Assembly (NCBI RefSeq): GCF_004376175.1
Contig: NZ_SNUY01000110.1
Location: 1 to 5,905 of the forward strand
Direction: 5' to 3'
From: Halalkalibacterium halodurans
GTDB taxonomy: Bacteria; Bacillota; Bacilli; Bacillales; Bacillaceae_D
DNA: 5,905 nucleotides
The translations under genes were made by a program, and so were the position numbers. This document shows positions 1-5,796 of this stretch, in pieces (within the stretch, counting starts at the first letter, position 1; every line of letters begins with the position of its first letter). The notes beneath the pieces are model-generated. The model did not search any database. It was not told the DNA's origin and was given only the letters and a program-made list of their open reading frames with translations.

Positions 1-947
1 AGACTCGTTACAAAAAATGAATGGGTAAACAACAATTCGCCTGCAGGGCGAACCGATTGGATGATGACCTTTCTCGGCTTAGACCATGATTTCGCTTGAT
101 AGTCGATTTCCTCATAATAACATTCAGACTTTGTCACATCTGACGGTACTGTGGCTGGATGACATTCATCTGCCATTCGCTGTAAAATGGCGTTAGATTT
201 CAAACGAATGACATAATAAACCGATTCACGTTCACATAAATCGTATAGAGCTGGAACGGCAAAACCACTATCGCCGCGTAAGAATGGTGTCGTTGCCGGA
301 AATTTTTCATTGTAATGTTTGATAAGTGGTTCCACAAAATCCACAACACCATTGGACGTATACACATTTCCAGGGCGTAGCTGGGCTTTTAGGAAATCGC
401 CTGTTATCCCATCGAAGGCAACCAATGGATGAAAGCCAACAGTCCCGTAATGGGTATTATAAGCTGTAAATTCTTGTTGGCCGTATGTGTCAGCATGTGT
501 TGAATCTAAATCAATGATGAGTGCTTTTGACTCTCTCAGTTCATGTACTTTATCTAAAAGTTCTTGGTTAGCGTGATGTAATTGTTCAATGGACTCATGA
601 TCAAATCGTGTATAAAAGCGAGATAAACTAGGTTGAGAACCTAACGCATTTGTTCCAATGACTTGTGTAAAAACGGGGTCATTTGTTAATTGATCGGCCG
701 CATCATCCTCGGCATAACCAGCGATGACTTGATAAAGCTTTTGACGAAGTAGATTTTCATTTGAATGAACATGGTATTTTCTCTCGTCGTTCAGATGCAG
801 GTGTTGAACAAGAGTATCAGAGAATCCGATTTTTTCATCAAACTCTCGAAAAACGAATTCACCTGTATCAGAAGAAAGAGAGCCTCCATCAGTTGATAAT
901 TTAATTCGACGATTGAAATCTAGTGTTAGTTGCGGTAAAGTAGCCAT
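1..947 (-). CDS. IS1380-family DDE transposase, N-terminal ~315 codons (3' end runs off the left edge of the window)
   Basis: Absent from the ORF track because there is no in-window stop. Hand translation of the minus strand from ATG 947..945 stays open to position 3: MATLPQLTLDFNRRIKLSTDGGSLSSDTGEFVFREFDEKIGFSDTLVQHL...LYQVIAGYAEDDAADQLTNDPVFTQVIG...LGSQPSLSRF...ALIIDLDSTHADTYGQQEFTAYNTHYGTVGFHPLVAFDGITGDFLKAQLRPGNVYTSNG...FLRGDSGFAVPALYDLCE...YYVIRLKSN...KVIIQSVRPAGELLFTHSFFVTS. The blocks GY-x-D-x-x-D, SQP(S/T)LSRF, D-x-DST..G.QE..YN.HYG..HPL, LRPGN and RGDSGFA are the conserved blocks I recall for IS1380 / DDE_Tnp_1_4 (PF13701) transposases. An SD-like AAGGA lies 8 nt upstream of the ATG. 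Confidence 0.85.
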   Translation of the reverse strand, partial: MATLPQLTLDFNRRIKLSTDGGSLSSDTGEFVFREFDEKIGFSDTLVQHLHLNDERKYHVHSNENLLRQKLYQVIAGYAEDDAADQLTNDPVFTQVIGTNALGSQPSLSRFYTRFDHESIEQLHHANQELLDKVHELRESKALIIDLDSTHADTYGQQEFTAYNTHYGTVGFHPLVAFDGITGDFLKAQLRPGNVYTSNGVVDFVEPLIKHYNEKFPATTPFLRGDSGFAVPALYDLCERESVYYVIRLKSNAILQRMADECHPATVPSDVTKSECYYEEIDYQAKSWSKPRKVIIQSVRPAGELLFTHSFFVTS

Positions 948-1008
948 TATAAGAATCCTTTCTGTGGTTATTTCGTAGCTGTTTTAACCTTATCAGAAAT
1001 GGATTCTT
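1..1008 (-). mobile_element. Partial IS1380-family insertion sequence (transposase-start end); the outer boundary is unresolved and lies somewhere between ~1008 and ~1100
   Basis: It contains the transposase CDS plus its upstream leader. G+C drops markedly to the right of about 1010. The terminal inverted repeat cannot be identified because the other IS end is outside the window. 1008 is a minimal extent that includes the 8-bp inverted repeat 951..958 / 1001..1008. Confidence 0.5.
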
Positions 1009-1118
1009 TTTTCATTTATTTGATGCATGGACCATTTAGCTCAATACCTTGATAGATAAGCATTATTTGGTTATCAAAGATTTTTTATGAATAATTCAGG
1101 ATGAATAATAAGTTATAC

Positions 1119-2132
1119 TTATTTTAAGCAACTTACTAAAAATATAATTATATAGTGAAATGCCTGATCCAATTCCATCATGGTAGGTTGAACGGACTCA
1201 TTTTCTGTATTAGTCATTTTTTTAACATTTTTAGCCCACCATATCAAAATAATTCTCCGATCAATAATTACATGACTCACAAAGATTATAAAAATAGCTA
1301 TCCAACTAAAATATCCTGCAAAGATGTAGCCCATTGCCGTTAAAACTAACGTATAAATAAAACTATGTGATAATAACGCCTTCCAGCTAGTTGTTTTTTT
1401 TACTGCTTGTCGATCTGTTTGAAGTAAATAATCAGCAATCTTATGTCCAATATAAAGTATAATAAATAATTTAATATTAAAATTTACACCGGGAACAAAA
1501 TTATTTATCTCTATAAAGCCAAATATTTTAGAACCAAATAAATAAGTAAACAAAAGCATTATTGTTATTAAAAAGTAAATTACAGCGGTAATTGCTGAAC
1601 TAGCACGAGCAATTTTAACATTCCTTATCAAAGAAATCTTTTGCAACTCAAGCACTAATTCTTTCTCAATAGATATGTTGTCAAGCATTGAAATTTTATC
1701 ATGGTAATCTTTGGCACTTTCCCTTATCTGAAGTTTTTTATAATTTCCATATAAATATTTACCTTTTATTTCAGGTGTTGTTTCGGCTAGAAAAAATAAA
1801 CCTTGAGCATCAAAATCTTTGGTATTAATTTGATTATTAGGATTAATTCGAGGAACCAGAGTCAAATACGACAACCATACACTTTTCAAAAAGAAAAAAA
1901 TCAAAGCTATAATAAAAATTGCAATCAGAAATTGTTCTGATTTATTCTCTAAACCAAACAAAAAATTATACCATTCATTTTTTGTTCGGATAAGAATATT
2001 CATAACTAGTGTCCAAAAAGCAATTACAACTCCTGCTTTCGTATCCGTAAAGCGAATTGTATTTTGCGTATCGTCAATAGCCTTATATAGAAATTCCAAT
2101 TTATTCTTGTCATCTTTTTTTTCATCTGACAA
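1119..2132 (-). CDS. Polytopic membrane protein, candidate effector: N-terminal Pycsar-TM-effector-like domain (3 TM) fused to a DUF3307-like 4-TM C-terminal domain
   Basis: 337-aa ORF from the track. The start is TTG (2132..2130), preceded by GAGGG (2144..2140) with a 7-nt spacer; the next in-frame Met is codon 44, inside the first TM segment. Hydrophobic segments: AGVVIAFWTLVMNILI, FLIAIFIIALIFFFL..VWLSYL, AITAVIYFLITIMLLFTYLF, IKLFIILYIG, LLSHSFIYTLVLTAMGYIFAG, FSWIAIFIIFVSHVII, FHYIIIFLVSCL. The N-terminal pattern (helix ending in RFTDTKAG, two TMs, a ~85-aa soluble loop, a third TM) matches my recollection of PF18967 (Pycsar effector domain, formerly DUF5706). The C-terminal GHKIADYLLQTDRQAVKK ... 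SH ... SHVIIDR matches the H-x3-D-[FY]-x2-Q ... K ... H-x3-D pattern I recall for DUF3307 (PF11750). No Crp-type cNMP-binding barrel or SAVED domain is recognisable. Both domain calls are from memory. Confidence 0.6.
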   Translation of the reverse strand: MSDEKKDDKNKLEFLYKAIDDTQNTIRFTDTKAGVVIAFWTLVMNILIRTKNEWYNFLFGLENKSEQFLIAIFIIALIFFFLKSVWLSYLTLVPRINPNNQINTKDFDAQGLFFLAETTPEIKGKYLYGNYKKLQIRESAKDYHDKISMLDNISIEKELVLELQKISLIRNVKIARASSAITAVIYFLITIMLLFTYLFGSKIFGFIEINNFVPGVNFNIKLFIILYIGHKIADYLLQTDRQAVKKTTSWKALLSHSFIYTLVLTAMGYIFAGYFSWIAIFIIFVSHVIIDRRIILIWWAKNVKKMTNTENESVQPTMMELDQAFHYIIIFLVSCLK

Positions 2133-2135
2133 ACG

Positions 2136-2603
2136 TTATCCCTCACAATCGATAATTTCGTAATTCATGTCCTTTATAACTTCTCCGAATTTATTAATCT
2201 TGTATATAGAAAATTTAACGTTACCATCATGAATTCCAGTAATGATAAAAATAGGAGCATGAGTACTATCGAAATAATTATTAATATTTATCATTGTAGA
2301 CTGATCTAACTTAGAAGGGATTAAGCTGTAATTTCTTGGATGGGAATGCCAAGTACCAATCAAAAATTGGTTTATTTGAAGTTTTTCTTTTACATATTCT
2401 AAAAGGCTATCGTTATCGAATTCAACTTTTGAAAAAGTTCTTTTAGCATTACGCCCTGCATCAGAAACATCTAGAACTCGTACCCATTCTGGATTCATCT
2501 TTCCAAAAATATATCCACCATTTTCAGTATCATTATATTTTACCGTGAGTTTTTCCATTTTTTTAATTACTTTTTTTGAAATATATATTTTCCTTTTTTT
2601 CAT
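2136..2603 (-). CDS. JAB/JAMM (MPN+) metalloisopeptidase, Cap3-like
   Basis: 155-aa ORF. JAMM elements are present in order: the Glu in TENGGYIFG, then GTWHSHPRNYSLIPSKLD (H-x-H ... P-S-x-x-D). Its size is typical of stand-alone prokaryotic JAB proteins. ATG 2603..2601 overlaps the upstream TGA (2602..2600) as ATGA, and an AAGGGAAAG SD-like stretch lies upstream. Confidence 0.88.
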   Translation of the reverse strand: MKKRKIYISKKVIKKMEKLTVKYNDTENGGYIFGKMNPEWVRVLDVSDAGRNAKRTFSKVEFDNDSLLEYVKEKLQINQFLIGTWHSHPRNYSLIPSKLDQSTMININNYFDSTHAPIFIITGIHDGNVKFSIYKINKFGEVIKDMNYEIIDCEG

Positions 2604-4270
2604 ATACTTTCCCTTTCACAAAAACACAAGTGACTTTTATCTAAATAACCGATTAGAGGTGTAGGAATTATATCGTCCATTCCCCAATAATAATTAACAT
2701 AGTCAAATTTAAATTTCCCATGCTTATTATAAAAGGAAAGAATTGACACAATCTGTGTTGCTAAAAAGACCATTCGTTCCATTTGTGATACCGTATGTGG
2801 GTTCCCGCAAATATCAATTTCATTCGAATCGTATTTTTCTATTTCCTTTTGTGATAATTCCTGTATTTGTTTTAAATCTTTATTTTCCTTTGCTTCATGA
2901 TAGTAGCAATTTAAGCATCCTGTAGAGGGAGTAGTTATTACTATCTCTTGTAAGATATTGTTAGCTGATGTCCACGCCCAAATAACAGGCTTTTTATAAT
3001 TTATTAATTTATTAAATGCAAAATAATCAAATTTAGCCGAATCCCCCACAGTTACAATAAGAACATCAGCTAATTCAATTACCTCGTCATCATTAGCCGT
3101 TGCAAAAATATTCTCATGCAAATAATAATTAGATAAAAGTTGTTTTAATGCAAGTGATTTATATTCACCTACATGAATTGAACCTAGTACATGCCTACCA
3201 ATATTTTCAAGAGCCATTTTATCGTAATCCGCCATTAACAAAGCTTTCACATCTTTTTCAGCTAATAATCTCGCAATTTGACTTCCTAAAGAACCTACTC
3301 CTATCATCCCTACTGTCATATCAATTCCATTAGGGCGTTCAGGGATACCTTCTATTTTAATATTAGTTACGTTAAATTCCGCATCTCGCTCAAATGATTC
3401 TCTTCCTGTAATGAAAGAAGTAACCTCTGTCTTTCCTCGATCACCTTTGTACATGATCAAAAAGATTAGGCTTTTTATATCCTTATCTATAGAACTTATA
3501 GGAAAGTTGTTCCTTAGAGTTTGAATCAATTGGTAAAGAGTTTTAAATGAAAAGCCTCTTGGAAGTCGTACAAGAAAAAGAGTCGATTTAGAATGTTTAT
3601 TTGGCAGTCGAAATTGTTTTAGAATATTAAAACCTCTATCTTCACTAAAATCAGGAAAGAAAGAATATGGTTTGTTTGAATCTATGCTTTCATATTCATA
3701 AGTTTCTCCCCTCTTTTTGGTAGAGGCCTCTTTCCCATTTTTAAATAAAAATGGTGTATGATCAACAGTCGTTTTATAAAACTTTTTAAGTTCAATACTT
3801 TCAAATTGATTTATAAATCCTTTAGGTAGATACATTACTAATTGGGTAAATTGAGGTAATATTCTCCACGATATTAAATCTTCCTCTTTCTTCCAGTCTT
3901 GGTTGACATTAGACTGTAACCAGTCTAAAATTCTTTGATAAATAAAATTACCATTGTATTCAACTTTTGCTGCCCAATTATGTAAACAACAAATATAGAA
4001 CTGTGAATTTTTGGGGTTATCAATCAATAATTCATCAATATGTCGCCAATTAGCTGGTATTACTTTATGCAAGTTACTTTCACCATTTATACTAATTAAT
4101 TTTATTGACGGCTGCTTCAAAGGATAATCTTTTATTGAAACCTCTACATTAATATAATAACCATTTTCCTCACCATTTTGAGGGATCCTACCCACACCAA
4201 TAGTTTCTTCAGAAAAGCAGAAACCGAGTTCTTGTAACTCGGCTTTTACTTCTATTAATTGACTACCCAT
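2600..4270 (-). CDS. E2-E1 fusion protein, Cap2-like (N-terminal UBC/E2-like domain, C-terminal ThiF/MoeB-type E1 adenylation domain)
   Basis: The E2-like N-terminus has DYPLKQPSIKLIS...WRHID...FYICCLHNW, i.e. YP-x3-P, a His, then a candidate catalytic Cys. The E1 domain has VGMIGVGSLGSQIARLLAEKDVKALLMADYDKMALENIGRH (Rossmann GxGxxG followed by a D-x-D...N..R nucleotide-binding block). It also has a candidate crossover-loop Cys (IDICGNP) and a CxxC...CxC cysteine set (TGCLNC ... HLCFC) like the ThiF/MoeB zinc site. The start is placed at the internal ATG 4270..4268 (MGSQLIEV...), not the track start at 4363. That ATG has GAGAAGG 6 nt upstream and overlaps the cyclase stop by only 8 nt (ATGGGTAG), whereas the 4363 start would overlap the cyclase gene by 101 nt. 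Confidence 0.85.
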   Translation of the reverse strand: MGSQLIEVKAELQELGFCFSEETIGVGRIPQNGEENGYYINVEVSIKDYPLKQPSIKLISINGESNLHKVIPANWRHIDELLIDNPKNSQFYICCLHNWAAKVEYNGNFIYQRILDWLQSNVNQDWKKEEDLISWRILPQFTQLVMYLPKGFINQFESIELKKFYKTTVDHTPFLFKNGKEASTKKRGETYEYESIDSNKPYSFFPDFSEDRGFNILKQFRLPNKHSKSTLFLVRLPRGFSFKTLYQLIQTLRNNFPISSIDKDIKSLIFLIMYKGDRGKTEVTSFITGRESFERDAEFNVTNIKIEGIPERPNGIDMTVGMIGVGSLGSQIARLLAEKDVKALLMADYDKMALENIGRHVLGSIHVGEYKSLALKQLLSNYYLHENIFATANDDEVIELADVLIVTVGDSAKFDYFAFNKLINYKKPVIWAWTSANNILQEIVITTPSTGCLNCYYHEAKENKDLKQIQELSQKEIEKYDSNEIDICGNPHTVSQMERMVFLATQIVSILSFYNKHGKFKFDYVNYYWGMDDIIPTPLIGYLDKSHLCFCERESI

Positions 4271-5351
4271 GTTGTACCTTCTCTTGTCTTGCAATATGAA
4301 TACTTGCAGCCTTGGCCATTTCAGATGCATCATAAACATTACAATATCCTGCGACTTCTTCAATTGTTATTATTTCATCCTTATATGGCTTACAATCTAA
4401 ATAATATACTTTTCTATTCTGTTTTTGCCCGAACATTTGCCTTTCATAATTAGTATAAAAACATATAGGAACTTCCTCTTTAAAATCCATTAATTCCTTA
4501 TATTTCTCTCCTAGAATTAAAATTCTTCCGTACTTTGGTGAACCTTCTATTTTTTCTTCTTTGATGTCATTATAATAACTTAACAACTTCGCAGAAAAGT
4601 CAATTTCAAATGAAGTAGCCTTTACTTCACCAACAGCTTTCTTTATACCGTTATCATTAACAATAACACCTTGAGGATTCATAAGAGTATTATTGGAGAA
4701 TTCAATTCCTACTTTTATATCAAGTAAATTGTTGGAGCTATTTGCAAACGTTTCTTGACCTTTGTCAATTAAATTTTGCCTTAATTCTTCATTTAATAAA
4801 TCTGTACTTTCAAGTATTCTTAACGCTATAAGAAAAGCCCTAGCACCAATAGTCCAATCATCTGCATCTTCTGGTTGTGTTCCACCAATTAAAATCATCA
4901 AACCATCACCCGTAATGGAGTGAATATGTGCTTGATAATATCTTGCTAACCTAATCCAAGTTGATATTGCTTTTTGCTTTAATTCAGCAATCTCCTGAAT
5001 TGTTTCAATCCCCGGTTCATCTACAAATAATGCTCTTCTAGTAAAATTTCGTAAATCAACAAAAAGTGAACACATTTTAACATCAGCTTTTTGGTTGATT
5101 TCATTATAAAAATCATTTTCCTCTCTAACATTCTCTAATAGATAATCAAAATCTATATGTCCGCCTATTTTAAAACCCTTTTCTAATTCCTGCTTTATAA
5201 TAGTTTCTATTTCTCTTTCTTGCTGCTGATCCTCTGCACTTTTAAATAAATTTTTTTGCTCATTTAATAGTACGGAGAGAGGATTTTTACTTATTTTATA
5301 GCGAGTATTATTCGATATAACTGAGCGATACATTGAACCCTTATTAACCAA
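4263..5351 (-). CDS. Class III nucleotidyl cyclase-like protein (Pycsar PycC-like / adenylate-guanylate cyclase fold) with N- and C-terminal extensions and a C-terminal Gly
   Basis: 362-aa ORF. The order of CHD elements is recognisable. MCSLFVDLRNFTRRA matches the F-x-D-[ILV]-x-[GN]-F-T first metal Asp block (D99, nt 5057..5055). HSITGDGLMILIGG gives the second metal Asp in the GD block (D149, nt 4907..4905). IKVGIEFSN matches the R/K-[IV]-G-[IV]-h-x-G block. SFEIDFSAKLLS aligns by eye to the G..VN.A.R block. GRILILGEKYKEL matches the G.I.vS...y..l block. The track start is TTG 5351..5349, with GGGGG (5363..5359) and a 7-nt spacer. An alternative ATG at 5333 (MYRS...) has a weaker AAGGG SD-like element 4 nt upstream, so the start is uncertain by 6 codons. 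The protein ends ...ARQEKVQHG-stop. Confidence 0.75.
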   Translation of the reverse strand: MVNKGSMYRSVISNNTRYKISKNPLSVLLNEQKNLFKSAEDQQQEREIETIIKQELEKGFKIGGHIDFDYLLENVREENDFYNEINQKADVKMCSLFVDLRNFTRRALFVDEPGIETIQEIAELKQKAISTWIRLARYYQAHIHSITGDGLMILIGGTQPEDADDWTIGARAFLIALRILESTDLLNEELRQNLIDKGQETFANSSNNLLDIKVGIEFSNNTLMNPQGVIVNDNGIKKAVGEVKATSFEIDFSAKLLSYYNDIKEEKIEGSPKYGRILILGEKYKELMDFKEEVPICFYTNYERQMFGQKQNRKVYYLDCKPYKDEIITIEEVAGYCNVYDASEMAKAASIHIARQEKVQHG

Positions 5352-5404
5352 TATTATTCCCCCATTCCTTTATTGTTTAGCTCCATTCTAAATTAGCAAT
5401 CATA

Positions 5405-5440
5405 TAAATAAATTGTAAGATATTTTTGTCAAATCCACAA
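5405..5440 (-). promoter_or_regulatory. Candidate sigma-A-type promoter for the operon
   Basis: Minus strand: TTGTGG (5440..5435), 17 nt, TACAAT (5417..5412). A perfect TTGACA (5432..5427) overlaps this but has only poor -10 hexamers at 16-19 nt. Either element would give a leader of about 50-60 nt to the cyclase start. Such matches are common in AT-rich DNA, so confidence is low. Confidence 0.3.
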
Positions 5441-5470
5441 GATTCATGTCCCTTAAAACCATTACCTTTG

Positions 5471-5520
5471 AACTATAAATCCATTTAACTATAAATCCTT
5501 CACAAAACTTTAACTATAGA
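5471..5520. repeat. Short direct repeat: AACTATAAATCC x2 (5471..5482, 5487..5498) plus a partial third copy AACTATAGA (5512..5520), each preceded by TT(T/G)
   Basis: Read directly from the sequence. The two exact 12-mers are 16 bp apart and the third, degenerate copy is 25 bp further on. The repeats lie about 30-90 bp upstream of the candidate operon promoter. Confidence 0.6.
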
Positions 5521-5796
5521 GAAAGAAAATATCCGTATATTTGGTACATTCGATTATCAGCTGCTCTGAATAATTAAAGTAAGGAATAACTACTGAGGAA
5601 ACAATATATTTTTACTCACAATTTAAGATTAGTTTAAAAATTAAAAAGAGGATTACTAAAATTAGAGTGCGGCATAATTACTACAATTTATTAACAAAGT
5701 TTTATACATTATTTAGTGACTAAAATGAAAAAAACGATCCAAAAAGGAAAGATTTATTAAAATTGAACCATAAAATTTGGTTCTTAGTCAAATGTT

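Noticed and set aside
1048-1086. Hairpin CCTTGATA...TATCAAAG followed by a T-run (ATTTTTT), considered as the operon terminator
   Set aside because: The T-run follows the hairpin only on the plus strand, and the operon and the IS gene are both on the minus strand. The stem is AT-rich with a 16-nt loop. The 7-bp AT-only hairpin across the effector stop (1107..1123) is similarly unconvincing. I do not call a terminator.
1-1100. ISEcp1-style one-ended mobilisation of the operon, or an outward IS promoter driving it
   Set aside because: IS1380-family capture and promoter effects act on DNA beyond the transposase 3' (right) end. Here the operon abuts the transposase 5' end and is transcribed toward the IS, so the IS can neither drive it nor capture it by that route.
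1155-1343. Plus-strand ORFs from the track (1155..1343, 2743..2925, 3148..3333, 4259..4453; 60-64 aa)
   Set aside because: All lie entirely antisense within well-supported minus-strand genes. They have no SD-like sequence, and their low-complexity composition (rich in F, L, N, I, Y, H) is typical of antisense reading of AT-rich coding DNA.
1394-2122. A8 homopolymer tracts in the effector gene (T8 on the plus strand at 1394..1401 and 2115..2122), and A7 runs at the Cap3-like 5' end, as phase-variation switches
   Set aside because: Lys-rich AAA codon runs of this length are expected in DNA this AT-rich, and all are currently in frame. Without population or strain comparison there is no evidence of slippage.
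4271-4363. The longer Cap2-like start at 4363 (MKKSQDIVMFMMHLKWPRLQ...)
   Set aside because: It would overlap the cyclase gene by 101 nt and add a non-domain-like extension. The internal ATG at 4270 has a good SD and a classic stop/start overlap.
5142-5171. GGHIDFD in the cyclase N-terminal region (residues 63-69) as a Pol-beta/CD-NTase G[GS]...DxD motif
   Set aside because: The Gly-to-DxD spacing is far too short for a nucleotidyltransferase motif. The downstream FVDLRNFT / TGDG / VGI / G.ILI blocks fit the class III cyclase order much better.
5471-5520. CRISPR array
   Set aside because: There are only two exact 12-nt copies plus a partial one, with 4-nt and 13-nt gaps. This is far too short and irregular for CRISPR repeats and spacers.
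5725-5760. Mini-ORF MKKTIQKGKIY (plus strand) and several mini-ORFs of 15 aa or fewer (minus strand) in the intergenic region
   Set aside because: They have no SD sequences, are very short, and are expected by chance in AT-rich DNA.
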